A stretch of DNA of 64,000 nucleotides from assembly GCA_963665095.1 (NCBI GenBank), contig OY762069.1, positions 6,464,001 through 6,528,000 of the forward strand. The letters run 5' to 3'. The notes under the pieces are model-generated. The model had not been told where the DNA came from, did no database searches, and saw nothing but the letters and a program-made list of their open reading frames with translations. The position numbers and the translations under genes are program-made. This document shows positions 9,188 to 19,490 of this stretch, piece after piece (positions within the stretch are counted from its first letter, which is position 1; the number at the start of each line of letters is the position of its first letter). The stretch is from an uncultured Desulfobacter sp. (GTDB lineage: Bacteria; Desulfobacterota; Desulfobacteria; Desulfobacterales; Desulfobacteraceae).

Positions 9188-10819
9188 CTATGTGATAAAA
9201 GGTTCTGCCGCCTGCCGGCAGGCAAAGGCAAAATCCTCAGGGAAACACCCTGAGATAAACCGCAGCTGGGCTTCGGAAAATGTGCCCGGTGCATAAGGCA
9301 GCCGGGGGATGAGTGAATATACCAGATGCTGGTCAGGTGCGGCACTGTCAAATCTGCCGGAAAATTCCACGGATGTGACCATCTGGGCACCTAGGGCCTC
9401 AAGGGTCTGGATGGCAATGCGAATCCCGGTATCCAGGGCGTTTCGGGTGTCAGTGTCTGCCGCCAGAACATGGGGGCAGGGGGCTTTGGTGACAAGCATG
9501 AGCTCCCACTCGCTCACCTGGGCCTTGGGTGCAAAGAGCATGACTGATTCATTTTCCCATACCACAAGGGTTTTGGGCCCGGCAGGGTCCATGTCCGTAC
9601 GCTGGTTGGTTTTGATTGCCTTCAGAAACGCTTTGAAAAAATTAACCCCGTGGGCAGTCTGATAAGCTTTAATAAAATCGGTTATCAGATCGCCACAGGA
9701 AAAGCACCCATAATCATTGCCGTTGTTGTCCGGAACCGTTGCCGGGATCATGGCGTTCTGCTGGTGGATCATCTGGTGGGAGGCATGCAGCCTGTGGCCG
9801 GACTGGGCAAATCCAAATCCGAAATTCCAGCCCCAGAGAGCGCCATTGAAAAACGGGCCGTCAGTGCCGTAAGTGTGGGAGGCCAGTCCCTTTAAAATAC
9901 CCTGGCGCAGGGTTTCCAGCTCGGCCACGGTCAGGGCACGGCCTGCCACCGGCAGCGGCAGGCCGAGCATTTGGGCGGTCCGGGTGTAGATGCGCTGGTA
10001 ATACAGATGCCGGATGCCGGCCATATCGGCGGCTGTCAGGTCCTTTGCCCGGTAACGGATTTGGTCATTGGCCATGTTGGCGGCATAATGCCCCCACGGA
10101 ATATAGGAGTTGGCCCGCATATACTCAAATACATGGGTATCCTCCAGGGTCTCCCCGATAATAGGGCTTTTCCCCTGGATACCGGGCTTGAGAACCATCA
10201 CCTCTTTATATGCATCGGGCAGGCATGGGTTGTTGCCGATGATATCATAAAGATCATGGTCATGAACCACCGGCCAAATTCTGCCCTGTTCATCCCTTTT
10301 ATAGGCAATGCCTGTGGGCGCAAGGTCCTTTCCATTGTCGAACACAAAGTCACAGGACCGGGCCGCCAGGGCGCACAGCTCTTCCGGGTCGGTGGAGGCC
10401 TGGGCCAGAGCCAGCAGCAGGGGCCGGGGCAGAAGATCCAGAACAGGGGGCAGATCCCTTTCCTTTGCCCCGGTCTTTTTTTGCCATCCGGCAAGGTTTT
10501 CAGTCAGGGAACATTGGGGTTTGGGGCTCAGCCGGATCGTGTCCGGGGATTGCGCTTTCCGGTCCGCCCAGGCGGAGTTGATAAAAGTAGCCCCCCTGAA
10601 TGGAAAGGCATTGGCAATTTCATAAATCCGGTCCGCCCCATTGACCCGGACCGCCCCTTGGGGAAAGTTGTCCTGATTTTTTACCCCTGTCCGGTCAGGC
10701 AGCCGTCCAAGGGTATGTTCCAGCGTCTTTTGCCGGAAATTGTCCGTTGTAAATCCCGGGGAGTGGATTCCCACCACAAACTGCCCGTCCGGGCTCACAC
10801 AGGTCTTTGGTGCGGCCAT
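9188..10819 (-). CDS. Hypothetical protein with C-terminal GalT/HIT-like nucleotidyltransferase fold
   Basis: GWNFG...HASHQMIHQQ, CFSC and VVWENESVMLFAPKAQVSEWELMLV align by eye with FENRG...GCSNPHPHGQ, CLLC and VVFSNDTFVCLVPFWAVWPFETMIL of the GalT in this window. Confidence 0.65.
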   Translation of the reverse strand: MAAPKTCVSPDGQFVVGIHSPGFTTDNFRQKTLEHTLGRLPDRTGVKNQDNFPQGAVRVNGADRIYEIANAFPFRGATFINSAWADRKAQSPDTIRLSPKPQCSLTENLAGWQKKTGAKERDLPPVLDLLPRPLLLALAQASTDPEELCALAARSCDFVFDNGKDLAPTGIAYKRDEQGRIWPVVHDHDLYDIIGNNPCLPDAYKEVMVLKPGIQGKSPIIGETLEDTHVFEYMRANSYIPWGHYAANMANDQIRYRAKDLTAADMAGIRHLYYQRIYTRTAQMLGLPLPVAGRALTVAELETLRQGILKGLASHTYGTDGPFFNGALWGWNFGFGFAQSGHRLHASHQMIHQQNAMIPATVPDNNGNDYGCFSCGDLITDFIKAYQTAHGVNFFKAFLKAIKTNQRTDMDPAGPKTLVVWENESVMLFAPKAQVSEWELMLVTKAPCPHVLAADTDTRNALDTGIRIAIQTLEALGAQMVTSVEFSGRFDSAAPDQHLVYSLIPRLPYAPGTFSEAQLRFISGCFPEDFAFACRQAAEPFIT

Positions 10820-11170
10820 CTACATCTCCGGGGCCGCCGGCGGTACCAGGCACAGAAAGGCCAGCGGGCTGTCTGAGTTATTCCTGATCTGGTGGTCAGC
10901 ATTGGGCGGCACAAATACCACAGTGTCTTTGGTAATGTCGTGCCACTGGTCTTCAATAAATACCTCTCCCTTGCCTTCCAGTACATAAATTTCATGTTCC
11001 CAGTCATGGGCGTGCCGGGGTGCATATCCCCCGGGCTTGAGATCGAATCTGCGCATGCAGAAGTTGGCTGCCCCGTCCTCTTTACCGATCAGTATGCGTC
11101 CGGTGACATCTTTAACCATGTCATTGTTCATCTCTTTTGCAGGAATTTGGGTATAGTGACTGACTTTCAT
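10820..11170 (-). CDS. Cupin domain protein
   Basis: PGGYAPRHAHDWEHEIYVLEGKG and VFVPPNADHQIRN metal-binding cupin motifs; AAGGAG RBS; stop abuts the next start. Confidence 0.9.
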   Translation of the reverse strand: MKVSHYTQIPAKEMNNDMVKDVTGRILIGKEDGAANFCMRRFDLKPGGYAPRHAHDWEHEIYVLEGKGEVFIEDQWHDITKDTVVFVPPNADHQIRNNSDSPLAFLCLVPPAAPEM

Positions 11171-11406
11171 TGGCATCTCCTTTGGGAACGGCACGGGCCG
11201 GCCGGTTTGTGTTCATCTTAGAACCAGAAGTTAAGTGTTCACTCTTTTCTTGTCAATGCTGCTGGAGATTTAGGGGCCGGACAATTGTTGGCCGCTTTTT
11301 ATAAAAAGGGTGGATTGCGGTTTACAAATTTGTATAGATATCCCCTGAATTATGGTGTTAACTATGAAATAACTGAGGCATTCACCAGTCATAAAAAGGG
11401 AGATAC

Positions 11407-11901
11407 ATGGATAAAATTTCTATTATCGCCACAGGCGGAACCATTGATAAGATCTATTTTGATGCAAAAAGTGAATATGAAGTTGGCCCACCCAATGCCA
11501 TTGAGGTCTTGAAGCAGTTTAACCTGCAGATTCCTTACACCATTACCTCACTCATGCGCAAAGACAGTCTTGATTTAACGGATGACGACAGGCAGCTGAT
11601 TGCCGACACAGTGGCCGCCGACCCCTGCCGGATGATCATTATCACCCATGGCACGGATACCATGCCTGAAACAGCCCGGCATATCATTGCCCACGGCGGT
11701 GCACAGGGAAAAATTGTTGTGCTGACAGGTGCCCTGCTTCCGGCAATGTTCAGTGCCACAGACGCAGTTTTCAATATCGGCTGTGCCCTGGGCGCTGTTC
11801 AAAAAGGCATCCCTGGTGTGTATATCGCCATGAACGGAAAAATATTTATGGGAGGAAAGGTTCGGAAAAACAGGAAATTAGGCAGATTCGAAGAGATTTA
11901 A
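11407..11901 (+). CDS. Short single-domain L-asparaginase
   Basis: ATGGTID, KDSLD, ITHGTDTM and VVLTGA catalytic motifs; only 164 aa. Confidence 0.85.
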   Translation: MDKISIIATGGTIDKIYFDAKSEYEVGPPNAIEVLKQFNLQIPYTITSLMRKDSLDLTDDDRQLIADTVAADPCRMIIITHGTDTMPETARHIIAHGGAQGKIVVLTGALLPAMFSATDAVFNIGCALGAVQKGIPGVYIAMNGKIFMGGKVRKNRKLGRFEEI

Positions 11902-14612
11902 ACATCGTTTTGGGCCTTTTCTTGTCGATTCAGTGTATCTCTAACGCTTCCCAGCAGTTCATTCATGGTATAGGGCTTGGGGACATACCCGCACATTCCT
12001 GGGGATTGCCGGCTGGCAAGCCGGTCATTGGACGCATACCCGCTGGAAATAATAATTTTTACTTCAGGGTTCGTCAAAACAAGCTCATTCATACATTTCT
12101 GACCGCCCATGCCCGGCATGTTGATATCCAGGATGACCAGGGCAATTTGGCTGCCGCATTCCCTGTAAATGGCCAGCGCCTCTTCCCCGGAGCTGGCTTG
12201 GATCACCTGATATCCCGCCCGGGTCAGAAAAAGATGGCCAATTTTGCGGACCTGGCTTTCATCATCCACCAACAGGATGGTCTGGCCGCTTCCCCGAAGC
12301 GTGCTGTCCGGGTGTTGGCCTGATCTGTCCGGAGTCCGATTCTCTGACTTCAGTGCAGGCAGGTAAAGTTTAAAGATAGTTCCCCGGTTTGGTTCGCTGT
12401 TGCAGATGATATGGCCGCCATGGCTTTTGATAATCCCGTACACTGTAGATAACCCGAGCCCGGTGCCTTTGCCGATCTCTTTTCTGGTAAAAAAGGGGTC
12501 AAAAATATGCTCTATGGTCTCCGGATCCATTCCGGTTCCTGTATCCGCAACACTGAGGCAGACATATTCCCCCGGTGTAACCCCGGTATATCTGGCCGCA
12601 TATTCAGAACTGAAGGATACAGTTGTTGTTTCAACGGTGATCCGGCCGCCATCCGGCATGGCGTCATGGGCATTGGCAAAGAGATTCATCAGCACCTGGG
12701 TGATATTGCCGGTGTCGGCATTTACCCTGGGTATATTTTCAGCTAAGTAATAGGTGATTACGATCATCTTGGGAATCGCCCTTGCCAGCATTTTTTCGGC
12801 TTCCCTGATGGTCTGGTTCAGATCCACAGGCACCAGCACCGGGTCCATTTTCCGGCTGAATGCCAGGATCTGGGTGACAAGACCCTTGGCCCGCAGCCCT
12901 GCCTTGTGAATCTCTTTTACAGACTGTACCTCCGGTGTCCCGTTGTGGATATCCTCAATAACCATTTCGGAATATCCAATCATTATGGTCAATAGATTGT
13001 TAAAATCATGGGCAATACCGCCGGCCAGGGTGCCTAAAGACTCCATCTTCTGGGCGTGATAGAGTTGCTTTTCAATGAACTGGCTCTCTTCCTGGCTATG
13101 TTTGCGATGAATGGCCAGTGCGTAAAGGTCTGCCAGCTGTTGGACCGCATCCACCTCTTTTTTACCGTAGTTAATCGGAGCATTGGCCAGGGCAATCTGG
13201 CCGATTATCTGGTCACCGTATTTCACGGGCATGGATAAAACACGCGTCAGGTGTATCACGCCATTGGACATATCCTGCGGTACCGGATACCCGGACCCCA
13301 GATTGCTGTAAAAAGGCGCCTTGGTATTGAGTGCATGCCCCCATACTCCGGGATACTGCCCGTCTTCTCCCCTGGGGAAAACAACGGGTTGATCAATGGT
13401 CTGCTCACCATCGGTCTGCTCACCATTTGACCTGCTGAACATATCCGTCTGGGTATGAATGATGTTGTTGAATGTTTTTCTGTCAATTTCCGATACGTAT
13501 CCACATTCGCTCAACGTCAGACGCTTGGCACCGGACAGGACTTTGGATGCGATCTCTGTGATATCCTGGTCTGTGGAAATAAGTGAGTCAGCCAGCTGTG
13601 CAAGAATTTTGTTGACCCGCGATTTCCAATCCAGCTTTTCCTGGGCCTGTTTGCGTTTGGCAATGTCTTCTTTGAGCCTGTTCTGGACAAGTAAAAGCCG
13701 CTGGTTCATTTTTCTGAAATAGAGGGCTAAAAAGATGGCCACTGCCAGTGCAAGAGGCAGGGCGATTTTGAGGAAGCGAACCAGCTCAAACCGGTTTTTT
13801 CCAAGCGCGCCATACCATCTGTCAAAAATACGGTCATATTCCTTATCAGGGATGGCACGAAGTCCTTTGTTCATGATACGTGTGGCAAGGGGCCAGTCTC
13901 TGCGAATGGAGAAAACCACGTCCATTTTTTCCATGGAAAAGGCGAATTGCATTTTGCTGATACCAAGTTTGCCTGCTTCCCTCATATATCCAAACGCCCC
14001 AAACCCAAACCCTGCATCTGCTTTCCCGCTGATAACTGCAAAGATGGTGTCTGCCATGCGCTCCACACGAACAATTGTTTTGGGGGTAAGTGTTTTTATG
14101 GCCTCCTCCTGAAACCGGACACCTTTTTGAATGGCAATCCGTTTTCCGTTTAAGTCTTCCCATTTCCTGATATTGCAGGGGTTTTCCTTGATCACGATGG
14201 CCATGGGCACAAAGGAGAGATATCTGTCTGAGAATTCAAAGTATTGTTTTCTGGACGACTGTGCAAAGGATGAGGCAAGTCCGTCTATTTGTCCGTTTTT
14301 TGCTTTTTCCACCAGGTCGCGCCAGACGCCTGCCTGCAGTACGAAATTGGCACCGGTATGTTGATTGACCAGATTCAGAATATCTGTTTCGTACCCCTGC
14401 AGGGTGCCATCATCTAACCTGACCGTGCTTCCCCATCTGTTATCCATACCAAGAACTATCCGGGGATGATTTTTTATAAATGCAAGCTCTTCCCGGGAGA
14501 GGATGACCTGTTCTGACTGGGCTGCAGGAAGAAGAAACGGGAGAGCTGCCAAAGTGAAAATTATGAACATCAGCGTGCGGATCTGAATCTTTATCACAGG
14601 TGCTCGCAGCAT
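11898..14612 (-). CDS. Hybrid sensor histidine kinase (periplasmic binding domain, TM, GAF, HisKA, HATPase, REC)
   Basis: GGIAHDFNNLL H-box, NAHDAM, DTGTGM, FDPFFT, GTGLGL; REC LLVDDE...ILDINMP...PKP. Confidence 0.92.
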   Translation of the reverse strand: MLRAPVIKIQIRTLMFIIFTLAALPFLLPAAQSEQVILSREELAFIKNHPRIVLGMDNRWGSTVRLDDGTLQGYETDILNLVNQHTGANFVLQAGVWRDLVEKAKNGQIDGLASSFAQSSRKQYFEFSDRYLSFVPMAIVIKENPCNIRKWEDLNGKRIAIQKGVRFQEEAIKTLTPKTIVRVERMADTIFAVISGKADAGFGFGAFGYMREAGKLGISKMQFAFSMEKMDVVFSIRRDWPLATRIMNKGLRAIPDKEYDRIFDRWYGALGKNRFELVRFLKIALPLALAVAIFLALYFRKMNQRLLLVQNRLKEDIAKRKQAQEKLDWKSRVNKILAQLADSLISTDQDITEIASKVLSGAKRLTLSECGYVSEIDRKTFNNIIHTQTDMFSRSNGEQTDGEQTIDQPVVFPRGEDGQYPGVWGHALNTKAPFYSNLGSGYPVPQDMSNGVIHLTRVLSMPVKYGDQIIGQIALANAPINYGKKEVDAVQQLADLYALAIHRKHSQEESQFIEKQLYHAQKMESLGTLAGGIAHDFNNLLTIMIGYSEMVIEDIHNGTPEVQSVKEIHKAGLRAKGLVTQILAFSRKMDPVLVPVDLNQTIREAEKMLARAIPKMIVITYYLAENIPRVNADTGNITQVLMNLFANAHDAMPDGGRITVETTTVSFSSEYAARYTGVTPGEYVCLSVADTGTGMDPETIEHIFDPFFTRKEIGKGTGLGLSTVYGIIKSHGGHIICNSEPNRGTIFKLYLPALKSENRTPDRSGQHPDSTLRGSGQTILLVDDESQVRKIGHLFLTRAGYQVIQASSGEEALAIYRECGSQIALVILDINMPGMGGQKCMNELVLTNPEVKIIISSGYASNDRLASRQSPGMCGYVPKPYTMNELLGSVRDTLNRQEKAQNDV

Positions 14613-14779
14613 AGTAAACAAACTCCGATTAAGATGAACAGGGTATGCGGCATCCCTATATATTTAAGGACGCCTTAAGGTGTCATGCGCAACGCATGAC
14701 GAATTTTTTGGGGATTATCGCAAAATAACTGTACGAATATTTACTTGTATCAAATAAGGGGAATAAAATTCAATAAATT

Positions 14780-15607
14780 TTATTCTTTAACCGAACCTGC
14801 TAAAAGGCCCCGGATGAAATACCGCCCCAAAAGAATATAAATCATAAGAACCGGCAGGGCGGCAAGAATCGCGCCGGCCATGGGCAGGTTCCAGGAGACA
14901 GCCTGGCCCCCGGCAAGCTGGGCTAAACCAACTGTAATGGGGTTGGCTGTGTGCCGGGTGAGACAGATCCCCCATAAAAATTCATTCCAGATCTGGGTGA
15001 ACTGCCACAGCGATGTCACTATGAAACCGGGAATGGATAAAGGGAAAATAATTTTTAAATAGGTGGCGAAAAACCCCGCCCCGTCCAGGGCAGCCGATTC
15101 CATAAGCGAATCCGGAATCTGGGTGTAAAAATTGCGGAAAATCAGGGATGTGATAGGAAGCCCGTATACAATGTGGGCCAGGATGAGTCCTGGCAGGCCG
15201 CCATAGAGGTTCATGGCCTTAAGCGTCTGAAACAGCGGGATCAGAATCACCTGATAGGGGATGAACATACCGAAAAGGCACAGGGTAAAGATGATCTCAG
15301 AGCCGGGAAACTGCCATTTTGAAAACACATATCCGTTCAGCGAACCAAGTATTGTGGAACCCAGGGTGGCGCAGACCACAAGGATAACAGAGTTGGTGAT
15401 ATTGGGGGCCAGCAGTTTGAAGGCCTGACTGAAAGAGCCGGGGTTCATGGTCTCAGGCAGGATCCAGGCATTGGGCAGGCTGATGTCTGCGGGAAATTTC
15501 ACCGCCGTCACCACCGCCAGATAGGCCGGCAGAAGGTATACCACTGCCAGCAGCACTAAAGCCAGGTAGAGCAGGAGGTGACTGAAAGAGAATTTGGTTT
15601 CCGTCAT
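14780..15607 (-). CDS. Carbohydrate ABC transporter permease (MalG-like)
   Basis: EAA loop [33 protein letters not shown]. Confidence 0.92.
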   Translation of the reverse strand: MTETKFSFSHLLLYLALVLLAVVYLLPAYLAVVTAVKFPADISLPNAWILPETMNPGSFSQAFKLLAPNITNSVILVVCATLGSTILGSLNGYVFSKWQFPGSEIIFTLCLFGMFIPYQVILIPLFQTLKAMNLYGGLPGLILAHIVYGLPITSLIFRNFYTQIPDSLMESAALDGAGFFATYLKIIFPLSIPGFIVTSLWQFTQIWNEFLWGICLTRHTANPITVGLAQLAGGQAVSWNLPMAGAILAALPVLMIYILLGRYFIRGLLAGSVKE

Positions 15608-16716
15608 TGCTGCTTCCTCTTCCGGTAGGTGCTGATCATATACGGGATGATAAAGGTGGCGGCAATCAGAAACAGGACAATGGCAATGGCGGCGCCTTTG
15701 GAGAACTCATTGGCCCTGAAAGTGGTCAGGTACATGTTCAGGGCCGGATGGCCTGTCTGCCCGTTGTCCGGGCCGGTCATGGCAAAAATCAGGTCAAACA
15801 TTTTGAGCGAGATGTGGGAAAGAATGATAATGGCGCTGATGGTAATGGGTTTGAGCATGGGAATGGCGATGTGGCGGTAATAAGCAATATCTGTGGCGCC
15901 GTCCAGCATGGCGGCATCCCTCAAATCCTGTGAAATGCCGGTAAAGCCCGCCAGATACAGGGCCATGGTGTAACCGGAATACTGCCAGATGGTGGCAAGG
16001 ATAATGCCGATGGTTGCCAGATTGAACCCGTGCAGCTCTTCCATGAAAAGCAGCCTGGGCAGAAGATCACCCAGGAGCCAGCAGCCACCGCCCAGGGCAA
16101 TACCTGGCACCAGCCATTTCAGACCGGACCGGGCACTCTTGGACACCAGGGCCTTTAGTCCGAAAGCCAGGAGTACAAAAGAGACGGCATAGACCAGGAG
16201 GGATAAAAGATGCTGCCAGTCAAAGGCCAGTACCGTGCCGGTGGATGAGAGCCACTGGAACTTAAACGGCGCCATGCCCAGGTATTTGGGCAGAATATTC
16301 AGCCCGCCTCCGGGGGCCACCATCCAGCGCCATACAGTGCCTGACACAATAAAGGACAAAGACATGGGATACAGGAAAATGGTTCTGAAAATGCCTTCCC
16401 CCTTGGGCTTGTTATCCAGCAGAATGGCCAGGAACATACCCACGCCGATGGCACCGGCCAGCAGGCACAGGGAATAGTAGACCGCATTGACAAGGTCCTG
16501 GCGGAAGCCCGCATCTAAAAATCCTGTGAACAGATCCCTGTAGTTCTGGAATCCGGTATAATGCCGCACCGGATTTTCAGCCAGGGCCCCGCTGCCGCCC
16601 CAGTCTGTCAGGGAGATCCAGAAGGTGTTGCCGATGAACCCGTACACAAAAACAGCAATGAGTGCCAGGGAGGGCAACAAGGTGAGAATGGCTTTTATTC
16701 TGTCTTTGTTCTGCAT
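15604..16716 (-). CDS. Carbohydrate ABC transporter permease (MalF-like)
   Basis: [37 protein letters not shown]; start taken at MQNKDRIK. Confidence 0.9.
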   Translation of the reverse strand: MQNKDRIKAILTLLPSLALIAVFVYGFIGNTFWISLTDWGGSGALAENPVRHYTGFQNYRDLFTGFLDAGFRQDLVNAVYYSLCLLAGAIGVGMFLAILLDNKPKGEGIFRTIFLYPMSLSFIVSGTVWRWMVAPGGGLNILPKYLGMAPFKFQWLSSTGTVLAFDWQHLLSLLVYAVSFVLLAFGLKALVSKSARSGLKWLVPGIALGGGCWLLGDLLPRLLFMEELHGFNLATIGIILATIWQYSGYTMALYLAGFTGISQDLRDAAMLDGATDIAYYRHIAIPMLKPITISAIIILSHISLKMFDLIFAMTGPDNGQTGHPALNMYLTTFRANEFSKGAAIAIVLFLIAATFIIPYMISTYRKRKQQ

Positions 16717-16821
16717 GGCCTTGTCATGGTGGGTGGCATCCCGGTCCGGACAGGCAGGTGCCGGACCGGGGATTTTAATAAAGCACCTGTCCATGGTCCC
16801 GGACAGACACTGAACTGTTGA

Positions 16822-18081
16822 TTATTTGCCAATTCCGTTTTTCCTGGCAATCTGCTGGGCCGCCTTTGCTGCGGTGGACGGGTTCTTTGATTTCATGAAC
16901 AGCTCCATGACAGAGGCAAAATCATTCATGAACCCTTCATTGGCAGCGGCACCGTGGGCCAGGCTGGAGACAATGGTGTCTTTTCGGAAATCTGCGGCAG
17001 CGGACTGTCCGTAAACATTGTACTTGCTCAGGTCACTGTCTTTTCTGGCGGAGATGGAACCCTTGAGCGGATTAAAGGTGTCGCTGCCCTCAAGGCTGCC
17101 CAGAAGGGTGAGCCAGGCAATGACGTTATTACGTTCCGGTGCGCCTTTGGGCAGGCAGAAAGAGTCTGCCAGGAAGATGAATTTGCCGTCGGTGCCCGGG
17201 GAGGGCAGCCAGCCGAAACCTGACTCCGGGGCCAGTTTCTTGGTGACATTCATGTAGCCTGCAGCCCAGTCCCCCATGACGTTGAAGGCAGCCCGGCCGT
17301 CCACCACCATATCTGTGGCCTGCTGCCAGGAAAGAGATGACGCGTCGGTATTGGTATATTTAAGGATTTTTCCGAATAGCTCCCAGATTTTTTGCCCGTC
17401 CGCACTGTCAAAGGCGAGTTTGCCGCTCCACAGCGCATCATACTTTTCCGGGCCCACAGCCGCCAGAGCCACGGATTCCCACAAATGGTTGGCAGTCCAG
17501 TTCTGGGCCAGGGCCAGGGGGACAATGCCTTTTTCCTGGAGTTTGGGGGCCACGGCAAAAAATTCGTCCCAGGTTTTGGGGGCGTCCACCCCCCATTTTT
17601 TCAAATTGGCCGGAATAAACCACATCACATTGGAGCGGTGAATATTCACCGGCACCGACCAGATGCCCTTGTCTGTACCGATATTTTTGATCAGGCCCTC
17701 GGGGAATACATCCATCCACCCCTGCTGTTTGAACAGAAAGGTCAAGTCTTCCATGCGCTCGGCCTTGACCCAGGTGCCGATAAGTTCCTGGCCGGCATGC
17801 ACCTGGAAGCTTCCCGGAGGTTCCCCCCCCAGCATCCGGGTTTTCAGAACCGCCTTGGCATTAACACCGGAACCGCCGGTGACCGTGGCATTGATCACCT
17901 CAACATCGGGGTGGGCTTTCTTGTACAGATCAATCAGGGCCTCCAGAGCAGGGCCTTCGTCACCTGCCCACCAGGAAAAGATCTCCAGCCTGCCTTTAAG
18001 TGCATCTGCTCCGGCAGGTGCTGCCAGCATCATCAGCATTGCGGCAATCCCTGCTATGGCCGCCATAAATTTTGCTTTCAT
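16822..18081 (-). CDS. Sugar ABC substrate-binding protein (glucose/galactose-binding type)
   Basis: Signal peptide; LEIFSWW, PVNIHRSN, MGDWAAGY and FNPLKGSISAR, typical of glucose-binding CUT1 proteins. Confidence 0.9.
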   Translation of the reverse strand: MKAKFMAAIAGIAAMLMMLAAPAGADALKGRLEIFSWWAGDEGPALEALIDLYKKAHPDVEVINATVTGGSGVNAKAVLKTRMLGGEPPGSFQVHAGQELIGTWVKAERMEDLTFLFKQQGWMDVFPEGLIKNIGTDKGIWSVPVNIHRSNVMWFIPANLKKWGVDAPKTWDEFFAVAPKLQEKGIVPLALAQNWTANHLWESVALAAVGPEKYDALWSGKLAFDSADGQKIWELFGKILKYTNTDASSLSWQQATDMVVDGRAAFNVMGDWAAGYMNVTKKLAPESGFGWLPSPGTDGKFIFLADSFCLPKGAPERNNVIAWLTLLGSLEGSDTFNPLKGSISARKDSDLSKYNVYGQSAAADFRKDTIVSSLAHGAAANEGFMNDFASVMELFMKSKNPSTAAKAAQQIARKNGIGK

Positions 18082-18182
18082 ATCATCCTCCGTAAAAGTT
18101 ATAAGTCCGGACAGCCCCTTATCGGCTCTCCTTTATAATCATAGGGCCTGTAACTGTACTGCCCTGATGGTTCAGAACCTGG

Positions 18183-18247
18183 GCTTAAGCCGATAGCTTA
18201 AAACCAGGCAGCTTAAGGCCAGACAATTTAAGACCAGACAGCTTAAA
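18183..18247. repeat. Degenerate 15-bp tandem repeat (GCTTAA-nnCCAGnCA), about 4 copies
   Basis: Units begin at 18196, 18211, 18226 and 18241, with a partial unit at 18183. Confidence 0.75.
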
Positions 18248-18257
18248 CTTGTATGCT

Positions 18258-19349
18258 TCAAGAATAGACAGCCTCTTTGGTATCTGGATCAAAAAAAAGC
18301 AGGCGCGTAAGGTCAATGGATAACGCCATCTTTTTACCTGCCGGAATCTGCAGCCTGCCTTCAAGTTCTGCCAGCATGGTGAGGCCGCCGGCAGTGAACT
18401 GCAGCAGGGACTGTCCCCCCAGAATTTCGCAGACCTCCACCTGTGCCTCTATTTTACAATTTTTTTCCGACGCATCCGCAGGGTTGTATACCCGGATACT
18501 GTCAGGGCGAATGCCAACTTCCACGGCCTGTCCGTTATCAAGACCCGGGTTGTCAGGCACAGGCAGGGTCAGGTCCCCCATTGAAACTGCTGTCTTTTCA
18601 GCCGTCACCGCCATAGCACCCGGGAACACATTGACGGGGGGATTGCCGATAAAGCCTGCCACAAACCGGTTGGCCGGCCGTTCAAACACCTCAATGGGTG
18701 TGCCCACCTGCTGGATCGTACCGTCTTTGAGAATCACGATGCGGTCAGCCAGGGTCATGGCCTCCACCTGGTCGTGGGTGACATACACGGTGGTGGTCTG
18801 CATCCGGCGATGCAGGCCCTTTAATTCCATGCGCATCTGGGTGCGCAGCTGGGCATCCAGGTTGGACAACGGTTCGTCAAAGAGGAATACGGCGGGCTTG
18901 CGCACAATGGCCCGGCCCATGGCCACCCGCTGGCGCTGCCCCCCGGAGAGCTCGCCTGGTTTGCGCGAAAGATACGGGGTCAGTTCCAGGGTGTCTGCTG
19001 CCGCCCGTACCTTGGTGTCAATTTCCGGTTTGGGCACCTTGGCCATCTTCAGGCTGAAGGCCATGTTGTCGTACACACTCATATGCGGATACAACGCATA
19101 GTTCTGGAATACCATGGCCACGTTGCGGTCCTTGGGGGGCACTTTGTTTACAGTGGTTCCGTTGATCCGGATCTCTCCCTCACTGATGGATTCAAGCCCG
19201 GCGATCATGCGAAGGATGGTGGATTTGCCGCACCCGGACGGGCCGACCATGACAAGAAATTCATTATCATTGATTAAAAGATCTGCCCCGTGGACCACCT
19301 GTGTTGCGCCGTACCGTTTTACCACACCTTTGAGTTCAACCCTGGCCAT
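18258..19349 (-). CDS. Sugar ABC ATP-binding protein (MalK/UgpC/MsmX)
   Basis: GPSGCGKST, FQNYALYPHM, LSGGQRQR, FDEPLSNLD and HDQVEAMT; C-terminal TOBE domain. Confidence 0.95.
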   Translation of the reverse strand: MARVELKGVVKRYGATQVVHGADLLINDNEFLVMVGPSGCGKSTILRMIAGLESISEGEIRINGTTVNKVPPKDRNVAMVFQNYALYPHMSVYDNMAFSLKMAKVPKPEIDTKVRAAADTLELTPYLSRKPGELSGGQRQRVAMGRAIVRKPAVFLFDEPLSNLDAQLRTQMRMELKGLHRRMQTTTVYVTHDQVEAMTLADRIVILKDGTIQQVGTPIEVFERPANRFVAGFIGNPPVNVFPGAMAVTAEKTAVSMGDLTLPVPDNPGLDNGQAVEVGIRPDSIRVYNPADASEKNCKIEAQVEVCEILGGQSLLQFTAGGLTMLAELEGRLQIPAGKKMALSIDLTRLLFFDPDTKEAVYS

Positions 19350-19490
19350 GAAGGAATCCTTAAATTTTAAGAATCATACCGATTTCCAAGCTTTATTCAA
19401 AGTTAACATCCGTTTACTGTATACCATCAAAAAAAGAAGAAAAGAATTTTTAATTTTGTGCGGGAACCCATGAAAGGGCCTTATATTCAG

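Noticed and set aside
13398..13426. 15-bp duplication inside the kinase GAF region (GEQTD-GEQT)
   Set aside because: In-frame micro-duplication with no evident functional meaning.
18183..18247. CRISPR array (also considered for 45469-45516)
   Set aside because: Units are 12-15 bp, contiguous, without spacers, and there are no cas genes.
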